A stretch of 64,000 bases of DNA from Marsupella aquatica (taxonomy: Eukaryota > Plantae > Marchantiophyta), in NCBI GenBank assembly GCA_973895155.1, contig OZ316893.1, positions 5,532,171 to 5,596,170 on the forward strand. Reading direction: 5' to 3'. Positions 1 to 13,297 of this stretch are shown piece after piece. The notes under the pieces were generated by a model, which had not been told where the DNA came from, searched no databases, and saw only the letters and a program-made list of their open reading frames with translations. Numbering within the stretch: the stretch's first letter is position 1; every line of letters begins with the position of its first letter. A program made the position numbers and the translations under genes.

Positions 1-1186
1 TCGACTTCGAAAATTCTTGGATCTCGAGGTTGGAGGTCATTTAATGGCCCCTCCTCGTGCGGCCAGAGATCTCTGTCCGTCTGTCGGTCTGCACGAGCTA
101 GTAGTAGTGCAATCGCAAGGCGCCTAGAAATAGAGCTCTGCACCTGCACCTGCACATTTCTCTGGCAGATTATGAAAGGTTATGATAATCGCCGTGAAGG
201 TGGCTCCAAGGTCGCTGCAGAGACGGAATTCACACGGCCTCTATCGTCACGGTTGTCTGCCGAATACATTGATGGAATTGGATGGAGGGAGAGTGCAAAA
301 CGTTTGATATATTGTCCATATATCGATGAGTTAAACGACTGTAAATGCCATGCTCGAGATATGGCATGCTTCTTTGCTGACGACTTGACGACTACAGTGT
401 CCATTTGCTTCGGAGCATTTATAGTAAAGGGCTGTACATACATCCCGTGACAACTGTTCGGGAGTGAGTGCGTGCGTGCAGGTTGGCACCAAAGATGATC
501 TTGAAAGCTTGTTCTTCGGCGTCGACCGAGTCAATTTGCGTCCCCGGGTATAATGCTTATATATGGGAAACTGTCTTGGAGATTGTCCTCGCACTGCAGG
601 GTCGGTCACACACATAGAAAGCTAATTGGTCTTGTCAAGGGAGCTCTCAGTGAGGGCTATTAGGTAGAATTCGCATCAGAGCTGATCGATCCAGCAGAGT
701 GGGAGATATGTAGACTTCCAGCCAATGCCGGAAATGATCTCCATTGGTGAAATCTTAAGAAGGGTGGCGTTGTCTATCAATGTGCGTCAGGTGATGACAG
801 GATGTTGCTGCTCGAGTGGGAGGACGGCATGCACATAAATGTTGGAGTTGTCCAGAATGTCTTTCTCATCCCTGATCTGAAACACAACTTTGCCACTTTA
901 GACTTGGAAGTCATTCGACCCTGTCGTTCATCCGTAGCAGACAGACATACAGACAGACAGATTCGGTGGTTCCCTTTGCCACTTCAATGGCTAATTGACT
1001 GGGGATGTCTCTAATTTGCATGCTTCGGGGTGTGAGAGATCGCATACAATTAAAGGTAATGTTGGTCTTCTTCTGTTCTTCTCGTTAGCGTCGAGGTACA
1101 TAAGCGATCGTCCGCGTACAGAGACAACCTGGACGTGGCAGTTTTGTACTCGACTCATCAATCTGTTGACTAATGATAAAGTGTTC

Positions 1187-1717
1187 ATGGAGTTGTTCCC
1201 CGATGCAACAACTTTGCGGTTGAAAGGACCTCACGGGAAATACCTCTGGGCGGAGGATGACCACTACCGAACGTCTCAGCACCACGAGAGCCGAAACGCC
1301 AAAGCTTCATGGCGTGTGGAACGGAGTAAGGGTGAAGGGGGCAAGAAGACAGTCCGGTTGAAGAGCTGCTACGACACCTACTTAACCGCCGGTGAGCACC
1401 ACCACCACAATCTGTCAATACTCGGATGTGCTGGAAAGAAAGTTGTGCAAATGCGACCGGAGAACGTTCAATCTTGCCTAACATTCGACTGGGAACCTGT
1501 GTTCGAAGGCCCCTTCTTGAAACTGAAGTCTTGCCACGGCACTTTTCTTCGAGGCAATTCGAGTCTCCCTCCTTGGTGCAATTCCGTTTCTCACGACATT
1601 CCGCGCCACGAAAAGCACCAGAGTTGGCTTCATTGGGAAGTGGAGATCGTTCGAGTCCCCAAAACCGTACCCTTGCATATCCTCCACGAACGTGCAACTG
1701 ATGTGAAAGAATTTTAG
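1187..1717 (+). CDS. DUF569 (actin cross-linking/fascin-like) plant protein, 176 aa, intronless
   Basis: ATG at 1187 inside ORF 995-1717. Motifs MELF..LRLK..HGKYLWAEDD, VRLKSCY..YLTA, GKKVVQ, WEPV, LPPWCNSVSHDIP and WLHWEVE match the plant DUF569 consensus. Confidence 0.9.
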   Translation: MELFPDATTLRLKGPHGKYLWAEDDHYRTSQHHESRNAKASWRVERSKGEGGKKTVRLKSCYDTYLTAGEHHHHNLSILGCAGKKVVQMRPENVQSCLTFDWEPVFEGPFLKLKSCHGTFLRGNSSLPPWCNSVSHDIPRHEKHQSWLHWEVEIVRVPKTVPLHILHERATDVKEF

Positions 1718-4162
1718 CCAGCTAGGGTCAGTGTGAAGCGGATGAGAATATGATAGAGTAGACAGAGACTCAGACAATGACTTCTAGACGTGTCTGGAAA
1801 CGATTTTAGAGAAATTGCATGCAGAATTTCAATGACTGTTTCAGGCGAGCCAATGTTAACTCACATTCAGTCTCTTTGGGCAGCATGAAATTTTACACAA
1901 AATTGATCTCGTCAAAAGTTAGGGGACGTCTATTAATGCTAGTGCCTGCAGATGATTTGCGAAGTGGTCACTGTTCAACGTGCTCGCCCTGTCACAAGGA
2001 TTGCTGGCCCAATTTTAAAGCTATTTGAATCATTGAATGAATGATATTTTATGTCGAGCCTCTCCAGTCACCTTTCCGGATACTCAGACTCCCATCTCCT
2101 TGCTTGTTTCGAGTTATTCAATTCTAAGTAAACTGTTCTGTAAGGAAAGTGAACACCGATTAAACCAACACAAGGTTTGACTCTACATCGGGGCCAGAGT
2201 TAAAGCATATCCAGTAAGTCATACCGTCTGGAATCAAAGCAATTCAAGTCACTCCGCATATTCGTCAACCCTGACTGTCTTCTCGATAGGGGGAATGCAT
2301 CCGTTCAACAGTCCACTGGATCTTGCTCTTCTAGCTGACCGTGGAATGCGAAAAGTCCACGCAGATTGCGGGGAGCTGCCATCAGGACGGCACAAAAGCA
2401 TTATACACTCGTGATACTTACCCTTGTTTGCACTCGTCACGTCAGCGCTCAGAATATGCTCGCACTTGCAAATGAGCCACGTTTCTCATTGTTTGACCTA
2501 CTTCTAGATAAAATTGCTGGTCATGATTGCAAACGAACGAGTTTCCCTACCAATACATATCGTGATAAGAAGATTGTTGACAGCTTTGCAGGCTGAATAG
2601 AAGAACCACTGCCACTTTTCTTTTGAGTTCCAATCAGTACATCTTTCCTCGATCTCATGTTTTAATTGGCAGCGTTGATTCCGTAAAATATGCTCCACGT
2701 TGCTTGATTGGCTTGCTAGAAGGATCTGTTTGAAGGTAGATCTGTTCGAAGAGAACAAGTAATTTGGATCGAGGCTGAAGCCACGATGCATATTACGACG
2801 ACTAAGTTCGCTCTAGGTCCGTGAGTCTGCTCGAACAATCTTTGCGATTCATGCATTGGCAAACAGGGATCTTGTTCTTCTTCCCCGCATGCATGTCACG
2901 ACTTTCAGGGCTTCGTGCCTGTGCTGATTCTCCCGGAAAATAGATCAGCTGCAGGATCATTGATGAATCATTCAATTGTCAACTCTAGCTAGCCTTTTCC
3001 TGCATGATACTTTCTTTTCAGCGTAATGCTCGTCCGATGCAATAAGTCACGTGTTTCGTTCAACAAGCGGCCATCAGATGTGCGACAAACAGAGATTCGC
3101 GAAACTTACGCGAAACTTAGCGCTGCTCAGGTCGACAGGGGAATGCGTTCCGCACAAAAACCCGCCCTTCAGAGCTCCGCTGTAGACGCAATCTGTTGTA
3201 GAAAGTTCTAATGCAAAAGCGGAGTAATGATTGGGAACAATAGATCATCAGCGGACTCTCAGTTCCCTAATCCGCCCAATGGAGGTAGCCTGTAATCTGT
3301 CCAGAGTGGTGTGAGACTGTGAGGTGCACAATGCTCGCAGCTTTTTCGTCTTGACACAGACTAGGAGTCCTGATATCCTTATCAAAAGGGGGCGTATATG
3401 ATCCGAGTGAGCTTGGACAGAAGCGAGCTCTAGTTCTAGGGATGATTAGGAGTTCGATCAGGCTGCTGTGCTTGGGAAGAAAGGCCAAGATTGTGTTGTC
3501 TTTGGCTCGGACCATGTGCAGCACTGTACTGTAGATCTTCAATGATCAAAAGCACAGTTTATGTTATCCCCTTTACAAGTAAACATTCTCACCAATTATA
3601 AGGGCATTAACCAGACACCGGGCCTCTCATCATTCACAATTCAAAGCGATCGATCGTCGCTCATAGCTCATGGCTAGAAATCTATGATTATCCTAAAAAC
3701 ACCAGCGAGAGTTCATCAAACGTTAACGGCAGACGGTGCATGAAGAAAAATGGCGATAAGGAAGTCCAACTGGCAGCTAGATGAACTGCCCTCAATAATC
3801 GGATGTCCAGGCTGAGCTAGACCCAACTGGCTCCATTTGCTGAAACCGGTTTTTTCACCATCTCCACGAACTGTTGTAAAATAATCTCTGTGCAAAGCCA
3901 TTCACGGCCTATGCTTTGTCACCGTTGTAAGCCACACAGTCTTGAGCGTCTGGAGCGGTGCTGCAGGATCAGTCTGAAGAACACTGGGAACGAACACTGC
4001 AAAAAACTGTCCTCCTTCAAGGCCAAGAATTCTGCAAATTGTTGGACAGTGGAAAGTCCCCCACGCCCAGGCCAGCTGGGAGAAGCCGCCAACGCAGAGG
4101 TGAGGAAGGAGGGCTCCAGCCAATGAATGCCTTAAATCTATAACCCAACAACTGTTGCTGGA

Positions 4163-4209
4163 TTTCCGTTTTGTACCGGCTCCGTTTTGCACCGGCTCCG
4201 TTTTGCACC
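4163..4209. repeat. 16-bp tandem repeat, about 3 copies
   Basis: tccgttttg(t/c)accggc repeated in tandem. Confidence 0.7.
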
Positions 4210-7200
4210 AGGTCGCTGCTCCTGATGGGCCTGGGGGCTGGAGGATAGGTGGGACCTCTGCCTGCTTTCAGGACAGGAATTGTACTGCAAATTGCATACA
4301 TGCTTTTGTTGTGATCGAGGCTATGGCTGAGCCCTCTTGCTAGGCAGGCAGAGGGAGATGGTCCTTGAAAGCTTTGTCAGGCTTCTCCAGCAACAGCGCA
4401 ACGCAGTAGCAAAACTCAAATCCATCCTGTACGTTGGCATCATAAATAATCTCTAAAGGCAAACCTTGGAGTAGTTTATTACCAGGACAGGGACCATATC
4501 ATCCGAATTCCCGAGTCTCTCGGGAGCGAGGACCAAACTGCAACCACCGGATGGACTTCATGGACTCACAAGTCACAACTCACAACGCTGGGAAATCCAA
4601 AGACAATTTTTGAATTTCCGCGATTCGCTCACCGGATCTCGATCGCTAACCTACGATGCCGATTCTGGACTAGACACAACTGTCATTTTGAGACGGCACT
4701 ACCGCCGCACGGGTGCTCACTGGCAATTACTAGTCTAGGGTCTAGACAGCTGTGCACTAAATTGTGCCACAGAATGTGCAGTAGGAAACTATTTTCTCGT
4801 TTCTCGGGAAGGGAGTGACTATCTTCTTCCTGTCGTTGAATCGGATCCGTCAGATGCGAGAATCCCTGGCCTGTCCGGTCCTGTCCTGTCCAGTACTGGT
4901 GGCATAAATTCCGCTCAAATATCAAAAAGTGCAATCTGTGAGGTTCGCGCTTGCTCGTCCATCTGTTCGTGTTACATTGTAACATGTAATGAGAATCTAG
5001 CACCTTTCCCACGCTGAACTGTGAGTTATGATGGGGATTAATTTAAGGACGGCTCTTCTCATTCGCCTTCGATAGGCCCAGCGCGAGAGAAAAAAGGCTC
5101 CATAACCAATAGCCGTCGTGGAAGGGTTTTCATTCGGCCTTTAGCGTTCGAGGCTCATGACACGTATGCCCTGCACAGCCAGACTATGACGGACAGAAAT
5201 ACTAGCAAATCGATGACTGGTAGTCAGCTATGTTGAACTTTTCGCCGAGCCATTGGCGAGAAATGTGCACGGCTGTCGTGGGCCCTGTTGACGCCCTTTG
5301 AGGCCTCTTGACAAATGTATGGCGAGATCTCAGCTTAGCTGCGCGTGCTCTGACGTGAGAAATCTTGCGGCTGCACTACTGTCCCGGTGACAGAGGCGAT
5401 CCTTCCTGCTCACAAAACAAATTACCTGTTAATACACCGGCATCTTCATCATGACAGCTTCACAGCTGTTTCTAATTATGATGCAAACTGTGGCTGTGGA
5501 GATTCTTAGATTCTGGAACTCTGTACAAGAGTTTGACTCATGACTGGGCTATGTCGTCTGAAGCGCAGTCACCAAGTCTTCTGGGGTCACCGCCTTGGCC
5601 CTGAGTCGAGCGCAGGAGGGGGGCACCATTCAGGAAAACTCGGGTGATTGAAAACTAATGAGGAACATTCTGTAGGGTGATTCTGCAGATGCGCGGACAC
5701 TTACCAGATCCTGAAAACTGGCAGCGCAGACACACCCTCTACTCCCAATCTTAGAACTTGTACAGGTACGTGCATGTCGTAGTCCAGCTGGTCCAGCTAG
5801 CAGGAGATTTACTAGCATCCAAATGTTGAATCCGTAGTTCAGGACGGCGCTGTTTCATCGATATTTCGTTTGGATCCCCGAGAAGGATGTCTTAAAGATG
5901 AGCCTACGAGATTGTAGGCAAACTATGTTCATGTCATTGATTCCTCTCAGCATACGTACTAAAACTCATCAGATGAGATGAACCAAAACTTCAATTCGTG
6001 CCGCCTGATAATTTCATTCAGCTCGTGTTTGATTTGTCAATGACCGTCCTATTTCATTGAGATGCATGGTCTGGAAATCGTGGCACAATCGTGCAACCTG
6101 CAGTCCTGTAGCTTGGAAATGTCTCTATCGGGTTCCCCACCTCGCAAGGACTTCAAGGACTTCGCGGCCGAAAAGAGGTTTTCAAGTACGTTTCTCTTAG
6201 TAAGGGAATTTGCGTTTCTTCCGTGTCGGCTTGAGAGCAGCCAGACGGCAAGAAGCTTTGTTGCTGGGAATTCTTTGCTTTCAATCGGTCGTTTGTACCG
6301 GAGAGTCTCCGGTCTCCCCACAAAACCGCACTCATGCAATAGACATCTCCTTCTGGAAAGAAAGAGTTCAATGCGTCCGTGGGCTCGTACTATTTTTGAA
6401 TGAACTGTGACCCGAACTGACTCGAGCTTGTGTTGTTGGTATGTCTTTCAGGCTTGACAGTCTTCTTATTCATCCGATTGAAAGCAGAGAATGCTCAAAG
6501 CTGTCAGTCGAATCGAACGTTCAAGTACGAATCGCTCGCTAGTGCATTTTGAGAAACCAGGGAGAACTAAGGCTTTCGTCACCTGGGGATTGACTGACCG
6601 GTATGGCTGGCAATTGCTGTTTATTGCAAGGTCCATCCTTCTCATCGACAAAATGATTATTCTCAGGTACGTTCATTCCCGCAGCATCAAGACTTGCGCC
6701 GGCATTTAGTTTACTAAGAGGTTGGAAAAGTTTGAGCCAGGAGTTTGAGCGTCGTTCTCATCATAGAAGTGATCGAAACTTCATCATATGTATCCCAGGT
6801 TTTTGCTGTGGGGCGCTAGGACTGATAAATCATCTCTATTATCTCTCTCAAGGTTTACCCTCCCGTTCTCTTTGCGCCTCTTGAATTGCGGTTACACTAC
6901 CTCTAATGATGGCACTATTCCAGTGATCAAACTTGACACCACGCAAATGTGACCGTGCAAAATCATTGGATTAATGTCTATCCATGCCTGTTGAACAGTT
7001 GAGCTTGGTGATTTCCAGGCTGTCCCAGGCCAGCGAGGAACCTGCCTTCCGTGCTTGGGCTCTAATCTGTCCATGTACCTTACCTTACGTTGGCGTTCTA
7101 GTAAAATTGTGCATCTCAATAATTCCTTGTTTGAGAATTTCTTTCTCAGATTGGGGTTATGCGCCTCAAGGTGAAATGGTCCGTAGCTGCAAAGTAATTG

Positions 7201-7589
7201 CGTTCCTCGGCGAATGCAGGGAAACAGCTCAAGGGTGGAGGTTTCAGTAAAGTGCGGAACGACTGCAAATCACTACCTGACTCCTGACGATTCTCAAGTA
7301 CTGTCGACATTAGGGAACGCAACTGTCTTTAGCTGATGAGTTTCATGCAATCCTCCTCCTCTACCAATCGAGTTCTGAAGGTTTAGATTCGTCGAGGTCT
7401 GGATTTGCGCTCTCTAATAGTGTGGTTCCGGGAGGAGTGAGCAATCTCTGGCATTTACACTCTACCAGAGACCATTGCACTCTAGCTTGCAACTTGGACA
7501 TATTTTGGCGGGTACTTTTTGCAGCCATCGTCGGATAAATAGCAGCAGGGAGACCTTATGGAGCTGCAGTACACTGCTAGCGTGCAAAC

Positions 7590-9980
7590 ATGGCTGACCT
7601 ATTGAAAGACAGCTCAGACATCGGTATTGAGGCTGGCGAGGCCCAGCAGTTTGACGGACCTTCAATATCTCTTCGACATGTTGCAGTAAATCGTCTGAGG
7701 CGGCACTTGACGCGGACGATCACTCAACCACGAGGTCTTTACGAATCTATTGTTGACGCGTATGGGCCGATCAGTGAGCCTGATGTCTTGCAATCAGAGG
7801 TTTCTCAGGTAGATGAGGCCTACAAAAGTCTACACGCGAGTTGCTCTTCGGACACAGAGACATGCAGTTCTTACGAGGATTGTCAAGAATCTCACCAGGA
7901 TTCAGCCCACGATCCGAAAGACGGACCTGAAAGTCGCGGAGGGAAATCGAGGTCGCGTCGGAGACATGAATCTCAGAAACGAGGCGAAATCCAAAAACGA
8001 AGTGATGAGGAGTGGGCAAAGAGGTACGTACTCTAGCCAGAAAGTTTCAAGAGTATGTTCGTCTTTTGTCGTTTGGTCGAATTTTCTATGTCTACAGTTG
8101 GAGAATGTGACTTGGCTGCGTGATTTTCAGCATTCTTGCGAGGAGAACGGGATATGGTTGTTTACAACGAAACCAAGTTTCGAAATATATAACACAGCTC
8201 GAAAGTACTGTTGGCGAATTGCAAGTGAGACACTCGTCAGTTGTTTCTACTGAGTTTATGACAGTTTCAAGCCTGCAGTATGACTTGATGGTCTGATTGT
8301 TAGAAGTTTTTTGGTGGTGAAATACATTGACATCGACTGAAATCTAATATTATGTTTGTTGTGAAATCTGCCTGCAGTATGACTTGGTGGTCTGATTGTT
8401 AGAAGTTTTTTGGTGGTGAAATACATTGACATCGACTATAATCTAATATTATGTTTGTTGTGAAACCTGCATTACGTATTTGGATAAAAATGCAGCTGGA
8501 GATCTTCAACCTTTCTCCCCAAGTGATCCTCCTCGATCACCATCGATCGATGTTGCAGGAGGAGAATGACAAATTGAAGCGAATGATCGCAGAATTGTCT
8601 CGGTATCAACTTTTTAAACGAGGTAACCTTCTGCTGCGCCGCCTCTTTGATGACTGTCCTTTTCAGTTACAGATACTTTTCTATCGTAAATGCCTCGATA
8701 AACGTGTCTCCTCTCACGTAAAGGATGACAGAAATAATGAAACACTTGATAAGTGTGGTAATAACTACAGTAATGAGATGAACAGAAGTGGCTTGCAAAG
8801 TCAGGACGTTCCAGTGGTATCAATCTGTACCCAGCTGTCAGGTGAAGAGTGGCCACGACGTGTGGCAATGGTGCTGAACTTTGCAGCATAGGACAAACGT
8901 CCTTTTATTAGATCCGAATAGCTCATAATGCAGTTTTAAACGACGATGATGACAAAATCTTAGGTGTACCTGTGATTTTTGAACTGGTCTATGGTGAGGT
9001 GTGTTCACAGTTGGAGTCTGCTGAATATGTTCAGTACAGTACTGAAAGGCTGTTGGACGATTTCAGCGACACGGTGGCCTGAGGTGGCCTAGACATCCGA
9101 AGGATGAGTAGTACAGTAATGGAGCTGGACTCATGTTACTCGGTGAGTCAATTCCATAGAAGGAGTACGATTAACTTTAAGTACCTCCTGTAATGGACAG
9201 GCACGAGATCGTAATAGAAAGGCCTTCTTGAGGTTTTGCCCACGGTGAAGTATACGAGGACCTCATTAGACGGACCTACTGACATCTGTCCGATATAGTG
9301 TCATCACCACATGGAGTACTCTGAAAGTAGAACTGTGAAAGTCTACTTTGCGTTGGTAGCAGGGTGATTGCGAGAATCATGTGGGCTTTTGCAATTTTTG
9401 CGCTCGTAGTTACCCTACACATTGGATCAGGGGGCACAATAATTGGGTTCTTAGCTGACCACATACATTGGATGAAGTCTTACTTTACCAGGTAATTGAC
9501 AGTGAGAATCATCTAACATGACAATGTTGCGCAGATCAAAATTCAGCGCTTAAGAAAAACTTGCGATCGTTGAAGAGTCAGCGAGCTGATTACCTAGAGC
9601 TAGCTGATCGTCGAGAGCAAGACACAGTCCTCAGTCCAAAAGAAGGACTGCACATCGGGCGGGTGGATGGGGGAGAGGCGACAGCCGACTTAGCCAGCGT
9701 GCAGCAGCCTTCACGAATTGCTATTCCGTCCGACAAACTGACAAGTAAGAAAGAGCTGGAAGGATTTCTTCCCCATATCCCAAACGAGAGTTCAAGAGAG
9801 CAGGAGAAGACGGCGAGTCTGATGAGAAGTAACCCCAGCTCTCAGAGGGAGCCCCAGGCTGACGTAAAAGTGTCGAGGCAGCTGAGCCTAGTGAAATGGC
9901 CAAGTAGCTTGTATCGCTCTGTGTCCGCCATTAGAAAAGATGTGTTAGACGTAGCCATCGAAGAGCCGACTGTAAAGTAA
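7590..9980 (+). CDS. Group E (bZIP34/61)-like bZIP protein with degenerate basic region, 4 exons, about 366 aa
   Basis: Exons 7590-8023, 8131-8224, 8496-8622 and 9535-9980, all GT-AG and phase-compatible (2/0/1); 1101 nt in total. Spliced protein: WAKS-ILARRTGYGCLQRNQVSKYITQLESTVGELQ-LEIFNLSPQVILLDHHRSMLQEENDKLKRMIAELSRYQLFKRD-QNSALKKNLRSLK. This aligns to the group E zipper YISELERSVTSLQ.EVSVLSPRVAFLDHQR.LL..DN.ALKQRIAALAQDKIFKDAHQEALKREIERLR. Confidence 0.8.
8271..8470. repeat. ~99-bp near-perfect tandem duplication in bZIP intron 2
   Basis: gcctgcagtatgacttg...atgtttgttgtgaaa occurs twice back to back. Confidence 0.9.
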
Positions 9981-10562
9981 AATTCCGTGTGTCATTAGCA
10001 AATGGAATGCAACAAGTCCTGATCCAAGATTTATTTTTCTGTGAAATGAGGCTCCCACCCGCACTGTTGCTGTGGGATGTTGTTCGCAAGGTGTAAGACT
10101 TGCAACATCTTGCTGCCGACGCTGTACCACTGAGCTGAAGGGAAAAACAATCTGGAGAGTGGAGAGTTCGATCCCATTCCCATGCACTCCCCTCACAGAC
10201 GTGCTTAGACAGGTAGAATGCGTTCGATATCTGGGCTTCTCGTCAGATTCCCATTTGTCTCTTCAGATTCCCATTTGTCCCCCAGATGTTTGATAATAGA
10301 AAATACTGACTCAGGTCGTTCAATATCGGCTCTCATGTATTAGTTGGAGTCGTAGTGCTATGAGCAGACACCTTATAAATTGCTCTGGCGTGTCTCATGG
10401 GTCGGAATGTGGGCTCTCTACAAGGCACTTAACATTTGTAATCTATAAATGCGCTGTTCTATGGTGACCTATCCCCCTCTCGACTAATGACTTGTCAACA
10501 GCGGTGCCTGAGGAAGACAACCTCATCAATCCTCAACGGCTAGGTACAGTACACATCTCTGC

Positions 10563-10737
10563 GGGTATGTTCCTGGAGGAGTAGGTCTATTCAAAACTTG
10601 ACATACCAGGATAATGATAACTTGGGGTATGTTCCTGGAGGAGAATAGGGCTACTCAAACTTGACATACCAGGATAATGATCTCTAGGGGTATGCTCCTG
10701 GAGTACTGTAGAATAGGGCTAATCAAAACTTGACATC
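10563..10737. repeat. ~60-bp tandem repeat, 3 copies
   Basis: gggtatg(t/c)tcctggag...caaaacttgacat repeated three times. Confidence 0.8.
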
Positions 10738-11555
10738 ACTTTCCCATAGCTTTAGGTACAAATCCAAAAGCTTGAAAATCAGAAAATTCAGAAAACTATG
10801 ATTGGAGGCATGTGGACTTTGGGCTAGATGGTGGTTGACTCAGAAGGAAGAAAAGTGAATATATGCTATAAGATTGAGATAAGACTGCAACCGAAAATGA
10901 ATATACTCTCTAAGATCGAGATAAGATTGCAACCCCTCTTTATGGGATTGGTCAGTGCTGCATCCCTTTGGTTTTTGAAGTCATTATTTGTTTCTCATAA
11001 CCAAAGTTATGGGATGGGGATGGACCGTAATTCTGTAACTTTCGACTACCATAGTGCCCAGTTTTGAGGCACACTTGTGACATATGTCCATCGATTGCTC
11101 CGCAGAGTTAAACCATTCCAGCTCTACAGTAGTCCTTTCTCACCCTCTCGCAATTGTGTAACTCTACTACAATGGCCAACTTCAAAACTCTGTATAATGG
11201 CTCAAAGGAGATGATCAGACAGCTGTGTCAATTCCAACTTTGTAGTTCTAGGGTGACGACCCTCCTATGCAGTTCACCTGTTCATCTCGGAGCTCTACCA
11301 GGCTATTCAGTACACCAATAGATAGGGCTTTTAGGTAAAGTTTTAGGTCTCTTGTTGGTTTGTTTTATTGGGCGCTCTCCTGGGTTGACTTCTCTGGCTT
11401 CTTGGCTTTGTGTTTTCCTCCCCTTGATTGGGCCCTTTGCCTTTGGCATCATGTCTCACAGTTGGGCGCTTCTTGTTCCTTCACAGTTTTATATACACAA
11501 TTAAATTAAATGGTTAGAAAGGACCATATCTTATAGGAAGATGGACTTCTTGTGG

Positions 11556-12094
11556 TGTTTTTTTTAATTCACATTTTGTCTGGTGAATCCACCTTTCACA
11601 TTTTGTCTTATTCAGAGTTTTGGTGTCATATATTTTTATTTCAAGGTGCCTTATCAAGGGGCAGCCTGTGTATAGTATACATTTTTAATTAATTTATGGA
11701 CCCCTATAATTTTTAGGATTCTAAAATATTTTGAACTTATTTTGGCAGTCCCCTTATAAATTTTAATGTTTGTGATTTATTAGAGATGAAATGAAGAACT
11801 ACACCACTTGAACATTCTCATGAATGAGAGAAATGATTCTGATTGTGTTTTAAGTTTCTCTCATGTCTTTTTTTCCTAAGTTTATGGTTTTTATTGAAAT
11901 GAATGTCATTCATGAGTACATTGAATTAAGTGTACACATTGTAACATCCTTGATTGTACCTTTCATTGGTCACTGTGCACCAATTTTTCTAGCTATATTC
12001 TCATATTTTATTTATTTTCAAATCACTACAAGACAAAAACTCCAGCATGTTTTACAAAACAAAAACTCAAGCATGTTTCCAGATGAACATGCTA
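11556..12094. mobile_element. Putative insertion flanked by a 24-bp direct repeat
   Basis: tataggaaRatggacttcttgtgg at 11532-11555 and 12095-12118 (1 mismatch). The insert starts with a T-run, possibly a minus-strand A tail. Confidence 0.4.
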
Positions 12095-12924
12095 TATAGG
12101 AAAATGGACTTCTTGTGGAACAGACTTTGCAACCCATCTTTGAGACCCCTATTACAAAACTATAAAAATCAGGCTTTACACTGTTACAACTGTCAATCCG
12201 GTCTTCAATCAAGGCTGGACTTTCAATCAAATTCTACTTTCCTGATTGACTAAATGACTCCTCTTCATCTCTTGATAGAAAGCTTCACGATTGGGTAAAG
12301 TTTCAAGGTGGGCCGTTGATTCTCGAGCTGGACGACTCTACAGGGGGATGTTATAAACTCACTGTGGATTTCCGGGAGCTTGCATTATTTTGGAAAGATA
12401 ACGTTACGGACGGGTATACTGCATGTTAAGCACGCAAGTCTTCCGTGGCACGACAGTCGAGCTGCTCCGTCAAAACTGGACTGCTGTAAGTGACGTGTGG
12501 TGGTTGATAATTAGGATAATTTGGGTCCGTGACTTGTGGTCCCCCTTTCATGGGTAGGTGGGAAAGTACTGTTCTGCGAGTTCCTCTGCGCAATTTCTTG
12601 CCCTTACTTGCTTGCATTGGAACAGAGCAAACCACGCCCCTTACACAGAGTTCTCAGTTGCGCAGCTGGACCTCGAAACTGCCATAGCTAAATGTTTGCG
12701 GAACGAGGAGTTTTGCAGATGAGGTATGATCAACTAGTAGGACGACTGGTTGCTGATTTCTTCGGTATATGGCCGGCTTTCACAAAACAGGATTGATATC
12801 CAGTGTTCTGGCGTGGACGCTCGATGGCAAACCGGTTCTGATGCCTACTACACTGCACCCAAGTGCATCGGGGTATCAAAGATATCAAATACGAGTTCAT
12901 ATCAAATACGAGTTCAGATCTCTC

Positions 12925-13297
12925 GCGCAGCATTTTGATTGTTTGATGACGATACCTCCATGTTTTCTTGAGATGAGTTGGAGGAATAGTCATCAAGCAA
13001 TCCAAATTCTGAGCGCAATAATGATAGGCTTCAAACAGGGCGGTCTCTTACACTCAAAGTTGCGCAATAATGATTGGGCTTCAGACAGGGCGGTCTGTTA
13101 ACACCCAAAGTTATCAGTCACAACTGCAATGGAGTAACAAAAATATCACGTCTTAGCTTGAATCTCTTGCGTAGCATTTTGATTACTTGATTACAATTCC
13201 TCCCTTCCTTGGCAGGAGTTCCGAATCTCTCAACACGAGTGAATCTCTTGACAGAGTCGGAGGAATTGTCATTAAGCAATCGAAATTCTGAGCGCAA
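12925..13297. ncRNA. Two related imperfect fold-back hairpins (candidate MIR/hpRNA cluster)
   Basis: Arms 12925-12960/12979-13016 and 13167-13203/13259-13297 are imperfect reverse complements of about 36 bp. A third partial right arm lies near 13380-13411. Confidence 0.35.

Noticed and set aside
3700-5760. Possible minus-strand spliced gene, including a 6-nt cag|gatctg|gtaagt microexon near 5705-5710 and a short exon DGFEFCYCVALLLEKP near 4340-4426
   Set aside because: Candidate exons contain stops in all frames or cannot be joined into a recognisable protein.
7813-8253. 146-aa ORF and the alternative acceptor at 8097
   Set aside because: This is an out-of-frame overlap of the bZIP exons; use of that acceptor gives an immediate stop.
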